64,000 nt of DNA from Octopus vulgaris (lineage: Eukaryota): NCBI GenBank assembly GCA_951406725.2, contig OX597841.1, positions 1 to 64,000 of the forward strand. The letters run 5' to 3'. Each line of letters starts with the position of its first letter. Positions within the stretch are counted from its first letter, which is position 1. This document shows, one piece after another, positions 16,088-33,573 of this stretch. The position numbers and the translations under genes were made by a program. The notes under the pieces are model-generated. The model worked only from the letters and a program-made list of their open reading frames with translations, was not told where the DNA came from and ran no database searches.

Positions 16088-16392
16088 TGGGAGTGTGGTA
16101 TGTAGCTTGCTTACCAACCACATAGTTCCGGGTTCAGTCCCACTGTGTGGCACCTTGGGCAAAGTGTCTTCTACTATAGTCTCGGGTCGACCAAAGCCTT
16201 GTGAGTGGATTTGGTAGACAGAAACTGAAAGAACCGCTAAGTTACAGGGATGTAAACACACCACCATCGGTTGTCAAGCGATGGTGGGGGGACAAACACA
16301 GACACACAAACACACACACACACACACATATATATAAATACATATATATATATATATATATATACACACTCACACACACACACATATATATT

Positions 16393-16433
<41 letters not shown>

Positions 16434-16625
16434 GCATATATATATATATATACATATATACGACGGGCTTCTTTCAGTTTCTGTCTACCGATTCCACTCA
16501 CAAGGCTTGGGTTGGCTCGAGGTTATAACAGAGAACAATTGCCCAGAGTGTCAAGCTGTGGGACTGAACCCAGAATCATGTGGTTGGCAAGCAAGATACT
16601 TACCACACAGCCACTCCTACGCCTA
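16088..16625. mobile_element. Inverted SINE family 1 chimera (plus-strand head fused to a minus-strand copy)
   Basis: Junction ...aactgaaa-gaa-ccgctaag at ~16232. Confidence 0.75.
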
Positions 16626-16920
16626 CGTACGTTTGTGTGTGTATGTGTGTATGTGTGTGTGTGCGTGTGCGTGTGTATGTGCATGAGATGGAGCCGTGGA
16701 TGAAGCTGGTTTGGCTACCAGCATCAATTGTGTTTGAATTGATTTCCTATTCAGTTTAATGATGCACATTTATACTTTTATAGACTAATGAATGGCGTGA
16801 AAATAATTTACCCTGTTAATCAATAAATGTAGGATTTATGGAGATGCACTTGCATAGCAAGTGACCTGATCTGAGATCGCATTATTTCGTTTGTTTGCAA
16901 CCAAATTAACGTTACGGATC

Positions 16921-16964
<44 letters not shown>

Positions 16965-17459
16965 TCGGACGTTAAATCGGCATACCTCACACACACGCAT
17001 ACCTCACTTCACACACAGAGACACACGCTCACACACACGCTCACACTCACTCACACACACACACACACACACACGCACACACACACGCATTACTTCACTT
17101 CATACACATGCAGACACACGCACACACACACACAGACACACACCATTACTTCACAAACTCAGACACATATATACTCGTACACATACACATACATACACAC
17201 ACACACACACACACGTTCGCGCGCGCACGTTCTTTCGTTTCTGTTCAGGTGAATCGACGTCCGACTCACTCGAACACAGGTAAACCGGTTTTTTCGTTCG
17301 TTTTCACGCGTTTTGACGTCCGACGCCCTCCAGACAGGCCCGCACACACACACACTCACACACACACACTCACACACACACACTGCTTTATTGTTTTCTG
17401 TGATACTGACGTCCGATACACACACACACACACACACACACGCACGTACGCACGCATCC

Positions 17460-17491
<32 letters not shown>

Positions 17492-17591
17492 ACTCACACA
17501 CACACACACTCACACATACACACACTGCTTTATTGTTTTCTGTGATACTGACGTCCGATACACACACACACACACACACGCACGCACGCAT

Positions 17592-17633
<42 letters not shown>

Positions 17634-17735
17634 ACTCACACACACACACACTCACACACACACACACTGCTTTATTGTTTTCTGTGATACTGACGTCCGA
17701 TACACACACACACACACACACACGCACGCACGCAT

Positions 17736-17773
<38 letters not shown>

Positions 17774-18441
17774 ACTCATACACACACACACTCACACACA
17801 CACACACTGCTTTATTGTTTTCTGTGATACTGACGTCCGATACACACACGCACACAAACACACACACACAGACACACACACACACACACACACACAGACA
17901 CACACTCACACACATGCACTGCTTTATTGTTTTCTGTGATACTGACGTCCGATACACACACACACCCACGCACGCACGCATCCACACACACACACACACA
18001 CACACACATCCATACACACACACACACACACACAAACAGGTTCTTTCGTTCGTTTTCAGCAGAATTAATCTGCTCCTCCTCCTTAATCCAAACTCTTAGA
18101 CGCACATGCTCAGAAAGAAACGGGTTTTTTCCCTGTTTTCAGCTGATTTGACGTCCGATACACTCGAGAAACACGCCCACACACACACACACACACCCAT
18201 ACACACACACATACATTGTGTTATTGTTTTCTGCGACATTGACGTCCGACACACACACACACACCCATACAAACTCACGCACCGAGCCACACATACATCC
18301 ACTCATAAATTCACAAATAGTTTTTTCTTTTGTTTTCTGCCGATTTGACGTCCGACTCACACACATACACACATACACACATACACAGGATTCGCTCTTG
18401 GTTTTCAGCCGATTTGACGTTCCAGTCACTTCACTCACACG

Positions 18442-18479
<38 letters not shown>

Positions 18480-19368
18480 GGACTTTTCGTCTGTTTTCTG
18501 CTGATTTGATGTCCGACTCACACACACACACACACGCACGCACTCACAGACACACACACACACACAAACACACAGACGAATACACACACAGACGAACACA
18601 CACACACACACACAGACAAATGCACACACAGACAAACACATACACACACACAGACAAATACATAGACAGACAAACACACACACACACAGACAAATACACA
18701 CACAGACAGACACACATGCACACAGACAAGTGCACACAGACAAACACATAGACAGACACACACACACACACACAGACAAATACACACACAGACAATCACA
18801 CAGACAAACACACACACACAGACAAATACACACACAGACACACACACACACACACACAGACACAACACACATACACAGACAATCACACACACACAGACAA
18901 TCACACAGACAAACACACATACACAGACAATCACACACACACAGACAATCACACACACACACAGACAAATACAGACACAGACAAATACACAGACAGACAA
19001 ATACACACACACAGACACTTACATACACACAAACAAACACACACACACACACACACGCGCAGGTTTTTTTCGTTTCTCAATCACTCTCACACTCTCCTTC
19101 TCATCTCTAATTCTCAGTCTCTCTCTCTCTCTCTCTCACACACTTTCTCTCTTTCTCTGTCTCAATCTCTCTCATTCTGTCTCTCTTTCTCCCTCTCTGT
19201 TTCTCCGTCTCAATTTGTTTGAAGGCATGATGGCGAATATGTGGGAGGAGAAAGGTAAAAGTATAGAGGCTGGTCACGCGCGCGTTACAAAAGCAGACGA
19301 CAAGATGTCGAGCGAGACTAAACAAGAGGAAAAGTCAAAAATAAATTTTGTGAAAATATAGTTATATA

Positions 19369-19883
19369 TCTATATATATAAAACTGTAGTTGTGTGAGTG
19401 TCTGTCCCCTTCGATTTAGATTTCTAACTACTCCCACATTTTGCGGTGCAGTTTAACCAAATTCGGGTATCTTATAGTCGTGATTCATATCGAGCCCGTC
19501 TGGCTATTAGCGCGCGTCTACGATGAGTCTACGATTTTAAAAATAATTTAACATCATTTTTTATTCCATTTTAATGCATAATTTTTCGTGTCAATGGCGG
19601 CGGAGTTGGCGTCCACGCTCAAACACCTGCACCTGTGTTTGCTTCACCCCCTTCTTCCTTCCCTCGTGAAGCTGTGGGGAAGGGAGTGTAAGGAAATCAA
19701 CGTCGTAAAGCGTTGTCAAGGAGACCAGCGTTCTTTTAGAACAACGACTTCATGGCTTGAAGACACCAAAACAGAAATGGCTAAGAAAGCCCGAATTGGC
19801 ATCTATAAGGGAAGTAACTCTCTGAAAATGCTTATATAGTTATTTCCCTTACAAACCCGAGCAACGCCGGGCGATACTGCTAG
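19369..19883 (+). mobile_element. Non-autonomous Helitron
   Basis: A|TC..., hairpin CCCGAGCAACGCCGGG, CTAG|T; homologous to 53867-54265. Confidence 0.8.
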
Positions 19884-19921
19884 TATAATATGTGTGTGTG
19901 TGTGTGCGTATATATACATAC

Positions 19922-20112
<191 letters not shown>

Positions 20113-20114
20113 TA

Positions 20115-22954
<2,840 letters not shown>

Positions 22955-22957
22955 CAT

Positions 22958-23042
<85 letters not shown>

Positions 23043-23618
23043 CACACACATATATATATATATATATATATTTCCCCCCTCTCTCACATTTCTCTGTCTT
23101 TCTCACTTTGCACCTCACTGATTCTGTCGCCAAGCCAATCCTTGGCACGCTCTCTTTCTTCTCCCCTCTTTAATTCCTTCTTTCTCTCTCTCTTTGATTC
23201 CTTTGCCCCCTTTTTTTCTCTCTCTTCTCCTCTCACGTGACCGCTGGTCACGGCTTCTGACCAGGCATTATTTTCCAAATACGCCAGCTAAACTAAGTTC
23301 TACTGTCTATAGTCGTAAGACACCCGCTATTTTTGTCCTGTTATTACTATTATTGTTTTTCGTATTTATATTCCTGTGGCATCGTCCGTTTTTCTGTCCT
23401 TGTTTCGTATACATTCGATCCTTTTTCCAAGAAATCTAATGCTCGTAGCTTAGTTTTTCCTTGGGGCTGGCCGGATCGGAGCGATCTCAAGATTACTCAG
23501 CCGAAATTACGAGGATGATCCGGTTCTTGACTGAAGATTGAAGGGTTCGAATGTCCCGTCCGTGTTTTCTGTATCGTCTTCTAAATGTTTTACCTTCTTG
23601 TCCCAGTTTGTATTTTTC

Positions 23619-23669
<51 letters not shown>

Positions 23670-24012
23670 GGGGTAAACACATAAATGTGAAATAAGGTGG
23701 AAAAAGGAGTACTCAAATACCAGGGGTAGAGTAATATGCTTTATTTAAAAGCAGCAGAAATTCAGCAAAACCTGTTACTCGGAATTTCACGTTCCCGTTC
23801 GTCGGGCAGTTTTGTTAAAATAGAAGCGATATGATAATTCTATCAAGACTAGTATAAACGTTACACCTGCGAGCGATAAACAAAAATGAGTTCAATATAA
23901 AATATAAAATTATAAAAGTCGAGGAAAAACCTTAAGTCGAATCTTTGGTTAAAATACATATTGTCATTAATAAAGAAAATATAATTATTACATAGTAATT
24001 GAAATTAAAATA

Positions 24013-24075
<63 letters not shown>

Positions 24076-24079
24076 AATC

Positions 24080-24490
24080 TTTTACTCTTTTAATTGTTTC
24101 AGTCATTTGACTGCGGCCATGCTGGAGCACCGCCTTTAGTCAGTCGAGCAACTCGACCCCGGGACTTATTCTTTGTAAGCCCAGTACTTATTCTATCGGT
24201 CTCTTTTGCCGAACCGCTAAGTAACGGGGACATAAACACACCAGCATCGGTTGTCAAGCAATGCTAGGGGGACAAACACAGACCCACAAACACACACGCG
24301 CACACACATATATATATACATATATACGACGGGCTTCTTTCAGTTTCCGTCTACCGAATTCACTCACAAGGCTTTGGTCGGCCCAAGGCTATAGTAGAAG
24401 ACACTTGCCCAAGGTGCCACGCAGTGGGACTGAACCCGGAACCATGTGGTTGGTAAGCAAGCTACTTACCACACAGCCACTCCTGCGCCT
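24080..24490 (-). mobile_element. SINE family 1, full copy
   Basis: Reverse complement of 7413-7850. Confidence 0.85.
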
Positions 24491-24535
24491 ATGTATGTAT
24501 GTATGTATGTAATTATGTACTAATTTTGGTGTATT

Positions 24536-24589
24536 TCCACTGATGAAGGCAATGTATTTTATTACCAAACCTGAAATCGTCGATACGGA
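24536..24589 (+). ncRNA. Type-I hammerhead ribozyme motif, weakened stem I
   Basis: TCCA CTGATGA AGG..CCT GAAA TC GTC GA TA CGGA. Confidence 0.5.
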
Positions 24590-24739
24590 GTTAACCATTC
24601 AGTTTTTGCTAATTTCTTTGTTCTTATCACCTCTGCTATATGAATGCATGATGTACCTTTATAGTCAGTTTCACTGCTATTTTTGGCATGATGGTGCTCC
24701 TTGTGAACCCTTAATTATAATCATATATATCTTTGCTCT

Positions 24740-25147
24740 TTGCTCTTTTACTTGTCTCAGTCATTTGACTGCGGCCATGCTGGGGCACCGCCTTTAGTCG
24801 AGCAAATCGACCCCGGGACTTATTCTTTGTAAGCCCAGTACTTATTCTATCGGTCTCTTTTGCCGAACCGCTAAGTGACAGGGACGTAAACACACCAGCA
24901 TCGGTTGTCAAGCAATACTAGGGGGACAAACACACATACACAAACACACACACATACACATATATACATATATATACATATATACGACAGACTTCTTTCA
25001 GTTTCCGTCTACCAAATCCACTCACAAGGCATTGGTCGGCCCGGGGCTATAGCAGAAGACACTTGCCCAAGATGCCACGCAATGGGACTGGTCCCGGAAC
25101 CATGTGGTTGGTTAGCAAGCTACTTACCACACAGCCACTCCTGCGCC

Positions 25148-25148
<1 letters not shown>
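24740..25148 (-). mobile_element. SINE family 1, full copy
   Basis: Reverse complement of 7413-7850. Confidence 0.85.
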
Positions 25149-25186
<38 letters not shown>

Positions 25187-25239
25187 GTATGTATGTATGT
25201 ATGTAAGTATGTTTGTATGTATGTATGTATGTATGTATG

Positions 25240-25295
<56 letters not shown>

Positions 25296-25329
25296 CATAC
25301 ATACATACATACATACATACATACATACA

Positions 25330-25360
<31 letters not shown>

Positions 25361-25591
25361 GGTTAGAGGGGAACTGGAGCAACAACAAAAACAGCAGCTC
25401 TCTATCAGCAAAAAGAGAAAGAGAATCACAACTCAAAAACCGATGTTGGATAGAATATATTTATGGATCTTTTATTAACAGGTAATGCTTGATATATATG
25501 TATGTATGTATGGATGGATCACTTGTGGTGGTCAGCTGGATTGGTTGGACGTTAACAACAACAATAGTATCTAGGGATATTATGTGCTGGG

Positions 25592-25647
25592 TTAGTTCTG
25601 CTGCCCCAGGCTGATGAATATGGCCATGGAGTCTGCTAATGCATAAC
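25592..25647 (-). CDS. Gene B terminal coding exon 5 (GYALADSMAIFISLGQQN-stop)
   Basis: TTTCCAG| acceptor, TAA at 25592-25594; total spliced CDS 891 nt = 296 aa. Confidence 0.88.
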
Positions 25648-25915
25648 CTGGAAATAACAATAACATCAAAACAAAAGGAATTAAAAATATGCCATGGAAA
25701 GCCTTTATACGTGGTCGCTCGAATTACTAGAAAAAGCAGCCAAATTTCCACAACTGAATTAAGACTAATTGATTGTTGTACAATAAATAAAAAATTTTTT
25801 TCATTTGCTACTCACATTAACACACACACAGAGACACACACATCCACAAACACACACACACACAGGGACACTCACACACATATGCACATCAACACACACA
25901 CAAAACATCACTTAC

Positions 25916-26079
25916 CGTTGTTCCATACGACTTTCGATTTTGTATCAGCATAACGAATTGAAGGGTAGTGATCCATGTTCTCATACTGACAAAAAAGGGA
26001 ACCTTCATTGATGCCCAACCACCCACTCTCTGCGAGACAGCCATTGTTGTGGTTCGTTATATAGAAGCGACGTACATCA
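25916..26079 (-). CDS. Gene B coding exon 4 (DVRRFYITNHNNGCLAESGWLGINEGSLFCQYENMDHYPSIRYADTKSKVVWNN)
   Basis: TTCCGCAG| acceptor, |GTAAGT donor, 164 nt, open frame; not in the ORF track, found by homology to 48240-48403. Confidence 0.88.
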
Positions 26080-26553
26080 CTGCGGAATTGAAAAAAGAAC
26101 TTGTTTGGGTTTCAGAATGAGAAAATATAAATATTCAGTAAATATACAATTATGTCCGATGTGCACAATCGAATAAATCAGCATTTAATTAAAACGGACA
26201 TTTGTGTATCATCCTCAATATATATACACACTGTCGATAGGTAGTTACTGTAGTATTTTCCCTGAGATAACATCTCCTATGGATTTGCAGTGTTACGAAC
26301 ACAATAAATATCAGAGAGACTCGAAAAATTCGTCCCAGCAGCGGTGAGTGAGAGCAATAGATGTTATCTCAGGACATATATTGCAGTAACTGGCCTATCG
26401 ATGCGTTACGCTTGATAAATAGATGGTTATATCAACCTGTGTTAAGATGTATAGCATAATAATCATATTCAATGAAGATATAATGGTGAAAGCCTGGAAA
26501 TGCTTTGGTCGTTTCAAGAAAATATCGTGAATAAATATATAGTGTTAAGAAAC

Positions 26554-26607
<54 letters not shown>

Positions 26608-26691
26608 AGGTCCCGGGTTGAGTCGGGGTTAACCACAGTAAATAAGGTACTCAATACATAGCAGAGTAAATTAATTTATTTTATAGAAGGA

Positions 26692-26740
26692 GCTTCTACA
26701 GGACTAGAACTGTTTCATTCAAAAGAAATCATCAGGAAGC
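26692..26740 (-). ncRNA. Type-I hammerhead ribozyme motif in gene B intron 3, sense to the gene
   Basis: GCTTC CTGATGA tTTC tttt GAAt GAAA CAG ttCTAGtc CTG TA GAAGC: perfect 5-bp stem I, 4-bp stem III, GUA site. Confidence 0.7.
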
Positions 26741-27661
26741 AAGTAGACAAGAGTTGTTTTGGTATTTATACATTTAGGCAGGTTTAAATGGGTGGTGGTG
26801 GGGGACTTTTTTGGGGGTAGGCATGGCGCAAAACTGTCATTATTAGGGGAGTGGTCAAAGGAATCGGTGGTAAAGTAGATAAAAGAATAAATAAAAGAAT
26901 AAAAAAAAAAATATAAATAGAAAAGTTTTAGGTAAGTGGGGAGACTCACTTGTACATCTACATATATATATACATACACATATACACACCCGCCTATTCA
27001 CATATATCTATACATATACATACATACCCACATATACATACATATATATATACATACATACGTACACATACACATACATATATATATATATACACATATA
27101 TCTACACATACTCATGTACGTACACACAGATACACAAACACATACACATACATACACATATGTATACCCACTCGCACATATATATACAAATGCATATACA
27201 TGCACGCACATACACACACATTTTTATTCTCTTATTTTAATTTTATTAACTACTTTTGTTTATATCTTTATTTTTATCTTGACCGGTCAAACTTGTCCCA
27301 AGGGATCTCTAAAGATTCTGTTTTTCTATCTACTTACTGATACGAACGCAAGCACTTACTCACGCCCACACATTCACACGTACACTCACGCACAAGTTAT
27401 ATTCATACACGCATACATCTACATACATTCACGTATATTCACATACACGCATACACATACATACCTCAACACACCCACAGAAGACTAGTCCATACATATA
27501 CACTAATTAATATATATACACATATACATGTACACATACATACACATACATACATATACATACACATATACACATAAATATACATATATATATATACACA
27601 TATACATTCATATACATATACATACACATATACACTCATACATATATACACATGCACACAT

Positions 27662-27715
<54 letters not shown>

Positions 27716-27946
27716 GGAAGCTTTATGAAAATATATATATACATATATATACACATACACACATACATACATGCGTACACATACACACACGCACACACAC
27801 GCGCGCATCTATATATACACATACATGCATAAATGTATACATATGTCTAACATATGCATACACATCCGCACACACACGCGCCTCCTTATGTTCATAAAAA
27901 CATACATGCATACTGGCATATACATATATACATACATGCATACTCA

Positions 27947-28029
<83 letters not shown>

Positions 28030-28173
28030 TATATACGTGCAGTTACCCATTATTCAAACGGATACCTACATATAAACATACCCATATATACCTATTTACA
28101 CATATGTATATATAAATATACATACATACACGCATAACTCTACATACCTACATATACATAAACACACAAGCGT

Positions 28174-28218
<45 letters not shown>

Positions 28219-28254
28219 TACATATACATATACATATATATACATATATATATA

Positions 28255-28332
<78 letters not shown>

Positions 28333-28406
28333 TTGCGTGCGTAAAGTGCTTTTGGTATATTACGTTTCTATAAAAAAAGAAATAGAAAAATATATTTAGA
28401 ACATAC

Positions 28407-28570
28407 AAACATCCTTTCATTGAGAAATACTGTGGAGCGGTTGAAGATAGGTCATCCCATGGAGAGCTTTTCAAATTTGCATGAGAGAACCAGCTTTCAA
28501 GATTTGAATTTCGTCCATCGAAAATCATAGTCACAACAGGTGTTTGGTTTTTATAAATCACCAGTTTCAC
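28407..28570 (-). CDS. Gene B coding exon 3 (VKLVIYKNQTPVVTMIFDGRNSNLESWFSHANLKSSPWDDLSSTAPQYFSMKGC)
   Basis: TTTCAG| acceptor, |GTATGT donor, 164 nt, phase 0 to 2. Confidence 0.9.
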
Positions 28571-28756
28571 CTGAAAGATAAAAGCAAACATATAACAGAC
28601 ACGCGCTCGCGCACGCACGAACACATACCTCCCACCCAAAAAAAAAGCAAACAGACACAGAAAAATAAAATTTATTGATGGCTGTTAGTCTAATGTCCAG
28701 TCCACATTAAACTCATCATTTCTTTGACTGCAAGGAATTAATAACATCTGTGCGTG

Positions 28757-28902
<146 letters not shown>

Positions 28903-28931
28903 TACACACACACGCACACACACACACGCAT

Positions 28932-29007
<76 letters not shown>

Positions 29008-29565
29008 GAACAAAACGCTCCCCCCCGTCCAATGGACAGTGCCGAGTTGTCAAACATTTAAACCAAATTTTCTCAAAACAACTTGTCTGACCGTCCCATG
29101 GGCCTCCCCTTTGAGAAACACTGATTTAACCTAAATTTGAGGCACCAGCAAAAGAAGAAACAATGAAATTTTTTTTTCTCTATCGTTTTTCTTTGGAAGA
29201 AAAACGATTTTATTCACACAAATAAGCAACCGAATAGTTTAAATTACCAGTAATGATTGACTGGCTGTTGACTGGGAGAACACAGACATGGTTTAAACAG
29301 TAAGCATGGAAGGAAAGAAATGTGCCTTAAGCAGTACAAGAACACAAAAAATGGAAGGTGCAATTATATACAGGTTGACGGATGAAAAGCAGGACAAAAT
29401 CGGCTTTACCGATCGCATTCTCACCTGGAATGGATTTTTGTAATTCTTTCAAGACTTGTACACGCCCTGATACTGTCGGTATCTACGTATGAAATTTGAG
29501 CGCAATCGGATGGAGGATGCCCGAGATCCTAGAAGACACACACACTGATAGACAGACAACGGATT

Positions 29566-29936
29566 TGCTAACCAACCACATGACTCCGGGTTCAGTCCCA
29601 CTGCGTGACATCTTGGGCAAGTGTCTTCTGCTAAAGCCCCGGGCCGACCAATGCCTTGTGAGTGGATTTGGTAGACGGAAACTGAAAAGAAGCCTGTCGT
29701 ATGTATGTATATATATATGTATGTATGCGTGTGTTTGTGTGTCTGTGTTTGTCCCCCTAGCATTGCTTGACAACCGATGCTGGTGTGTTTACGTCCCCGT
29801 CAATTAGCGGTTCGGCAAAAGAGACCGATAGAATAATTACTGGGCTTACAAAGAATAAGTCCCGGGGTCGATTTGCTCGACTAAAGGCGGTGCTCCAGCG
29901 TGGCCGCAGTCAAATTACTGAAACAAGTAAAAGAGT
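29566..29936 (+). mobile_element. SINE family 1, 5'-truncated, in gene B intron 2
   Basis: Homology to 7413-7850. Confidence 0.85.
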
Positions 29937-30393
29937 AATATATATGTGTATACACACACACACACACAAACACATATATATATATTTATATATATACACA
30001 TATACATATGTGTGTGCATGCATAATGGTGTCGTATGTGAATGTGCGTGTATGTATATTGGTGTGAGCGTTTGTATTTATGCGTGAGCTTGTATGTACAT
30101 ATACGTCCACGTATATACATATATACGCATACAGAAACACATATATACAAAATATGCATACACACTTATATATATATACATACACATACAGGGTGCACTT
30201 GAATACCATTCGCGTGCTGGTGTATATGTACGTGTTTGCACGCGTGTATATATAGTTGTGTGGGTGGGCATGTACAAGGGTGGGGTAAAATATGCCTGAA
30301 ACATATCTAAAATATAATTTACCTTTATTACTATTATTATGATAAAGTGTGTGTAAAGGAATCTCATTTCGTGTGTGTGTGTTTGTGTGTAGG

Positions 30394-30443
<50 letters not shown>

Positions 30444-30480
30444 TGTGTGTGTGTTGGAGAGTGAAATAGCGTATACATAC

Positions 30481-30659
30481 CTCATCGATTGGAAGATGCC
30501 TCCAGAAATCAAGGATAGGATGTCGGAAGAAGTTAGGACAAAAGGTACCATTGCATTTGTCCACATTCCAGGTTGAAGGAAGTTCTATATTCATGAATGA
30601 ATCATAGACTTTCGAACCAGCTCTCATTGATAGGGCATATACTTTTATCCATTGACCAT
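30481..30659 (-). CDS. Gene B coding exon 2 (NGQWIKVYALSMRAGSKVYDSF...CNGTFCPNFFRHPILDFWRHLPIDE)
   Basis: TTTCAG| acceptor, |GTATGT donor, 179 nt. Confidence 0.9.
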
Positions 30660-30704
30660 CTGAAATAACAACAACAACAACAACAATGATGATAATAATA
30701 ATAA

Positions 30705-30735
<31 letters not shown>

Positions 30736-30949
30736 AATAATAATCCTTTCTACTATTGGCACAAGCCTGAAATTTGGGGGCGGGGGTCAGTACGCTACGG
30801 GTACTTAATTTATTGACCCTGAATGATGAAAAGCAAAGTCAACCTCAGCGAAATTTGAACTCAGAACGTAGAGACGGTCGAAATACTGCTAAGCATTTCT
30901 TCAAACGTGCTAACGATTCTTCCAGCTCGACGCCATTAACAATAATAAT

Positions 30950-33452
30950 GGATCGGAGAGAAATATGGTCGGCGAACGAACAACCAAGAAAAAAGAAGTA
31001 TTAAAACAACAAACTCAGCATCTGAGCAACTTTGGACCCCCATAACAACTGAAGAGGTCACCCAGGCACTGCAAAGACTAAGCAACTGGAAGGCACCTGA
31101 GCATGACAAGATTCCCAACTTCTGGTTGAAATATCTAACAGGAATGCACAAAAAGCTGGCTGAAAACTTTAACAACATACTAGCAGAGCCAGAGACAATA
31201 CCTGAATGGCTCACGAAGGGGAAAACCATCTTAATTCCCAAATCAAATGAGACAGCAAAACCAGAAAACTACAGACCAATAACCTGTCTCCCTACAATGT
31301 ACAAGGCATTTACTGCAGTGATATCGCAAAGGTTGAACAAGCACCTGGACGAAAACAACCTGTTTCCAGAAGAGCAGAAAGGATGTCGCAAAGGCTCATA
31401 TGGCTGTAAAGATCAACTAATGATTAATAAAGCCATAACTGAAGACAGCCACAGAAAGAAGAAAGGCCTCAGTATGGCCTGGATCGACTACAAAAAGGCG
31501 TTTGATAGCATCCCCCACACATGGATCCTCGAAACACTAGCCATTAACAAAGTAGCACCAACAATTATAAAATTCATAGGGCACTCTATGAATAAATGGT
31601 AAACACTGCTACAGCTCCAAACAAAAGAGGGACTCATGAAAACCAAAGCCATCCCCATTAGAAGAGGAATATTCCAGGGAGACACGCTCTCTCCACTCCT
31701 GTTCTGCTTGGCACTGTCACCTCTGTCTGATATGCTAAATAGAACTGGATGCGGATATAAATGTTACGGCAAAATTATCAGTCACCTTTTATATATGGAT
31801 GGCCTAAAACTATACGCTGCAAATGACAAACAGCTAGAAACACTATTAAAGACAGTTCATGGATTTACCAAAGAAATAGACATGAAATTTGGATTAGAAA
31901 AATGCGCCAAAGTAACCCTGAAAAGAGGAAAACTAGTTAAGAGTAGCAACATCACACTAGATAAAACCAATGAAATAAAAGGATTAGACCAAAGCCAAAC
32001 TTACAAATACTTAGGAATCCATGAACTAGATAAGACACAACGCACACAAATGAAAGAGAAAATAAAAAAAGAATATTATTGACGCGTTAGATCAATACTA
32101 AAAACAGAGCTCAATGCTAAAAACAAGATAATAGGTATCAACACTTTAGCTGTCCCAGTTATAAGTTACAGCTACAATATCCTTAACTGGACACTAAATG
32201 AACTGACCAAAATAGATAGGAAGACAAGAAAAATAATGATAGGATCTAGGATGCATCACCCAAAATCTGACATAGAAAGACTATATATACAACGTATAGA
32301 AAGTGGTAGAGGCCTTATACAGCTGGAAAACTACTATAAAATGAACCACCTTAGGACTGCAAAAATATCTACTTCAGAAGGAAGGAAAACTGATACAAAT
32401 AGCGGCAAAACACGAGTAAAACAAAAAACTGTTCTCAGTATTTAAGGAAGCTGACAAATACAAACAAGAAATCATACCACCTAATAAATATGAAGAAGAA
32501 GAAGAAGATGAAGAAACAACAAAAGCTATAAAACAAATGAGATCCAAACTAAAAATAGAACAGCAACGAACCATGATAAAACGATGGCAAGAAAAGCCCC
32601 TTCATGGTAAATACTGGACTAAACTAAACGCAAAAGAAATAGGCAAAGAAAAATCCCAGCAATGGTTGAGAAGCTCAGGACTCAAAGCAGAGACAGAGGG
32701 ATTTTTAATTGCAGCACAAGACCAACGCCTCCCCACCAGAAATTACCAAAAACATGTAATGAAAAGAAATATAACAAGTAACTGCAGAATATGTGGAGAT
32801 GGACAAGAAACAATAAATCATATTACTCTGGCTGCCCAGTCCTGGCTAAGAAGGAATATATTCACAGTCATGACAGAGTTGGAACCTACATACATTGGAA
32901 GCTATGCCAACATTATGGAATAACAACAGAAAAAAGATGGTATAGGCACACACCAGAAAAGGTCACAGAAAACGAGAAAGCAACCATACTCTGGGATATG
33001 CCGATACACACAGATAGAGAAATTAAGGCCAACAGACCAGATATAGTTGTCAGAGATCATGAAGAAAAAAATGCTTTCTAATTGATGTATCAATACCGGC
33101 AGATGACAACGTGTCTCTAAAAGAAATGGAGAAACTTTCAAAATACAAAGACCTGGAAATAGAGGTAACCAGAATGTGGAATCTAAAAACAGAAACAATT
33201 CCTATCATAGTAGGTGCATTAAGCATGATAAAAAAAATATTCAGACAAATACATAACAAAAACACCAGGACTTACAAACACATATAACATACAGAAAATT
33301 GCACTACTAGGCACTGCACACATCCTACGCAGAACACTTTCCATACAATAACCATCAGAGCATCACAACAAATCACAGCACATACCCAAGGCACACAGAG
33401 CTGTGCTCGGTAGTGAAGTGAAAGCACGTTATAAAAATAAAACTACTGAATG
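30950..33452 (+). mobile_element. 5'-truncated R4/Dong-like non-LTR retrotransposon (RT + CCHC + restriction-like endonuclease), inactivated, in gene B intron 1
   Basis: NWKAPEHDKIPNFWLK, YRPITCLPTMYK, WIDYKKAFDSIPH, RGIFQGDTLSP, HLLYMDGLKLY (YMDD to YMDG), CRICG..ETINHI..GC, RPDIVV..IDVSIP..K..KYKDL; several stops and frameshifts; (TAA)n tail. Confidence 0.9.
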
Positions 33453-33489
<37 letters not shown>

Positions 33490-33496
33490 TAATAAT

Positions 33497-33527
<31 letters not shown>

Positions 33528-33573
33528 GCAACAACAACAATAATAATTTCTTTAATAATAATGCTTCACTTAC

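Noticed and set aside
17380-17955. CRISPR-like 40-bp repeats with spacers
   Set aside because: Spacers are (CA)n tracts, not unique sequence
19270-19360. CpG-rich promoter-like patch with an ATG
   Set aside because: ORF stops after 18 codons, with no donor site or downstream exons visible
30950-33452. Active retrotransposon or domesticated RT gene
   Set aside because: 5' truncation, YMDG catalytic mutation, in-frame stops and frameshifts
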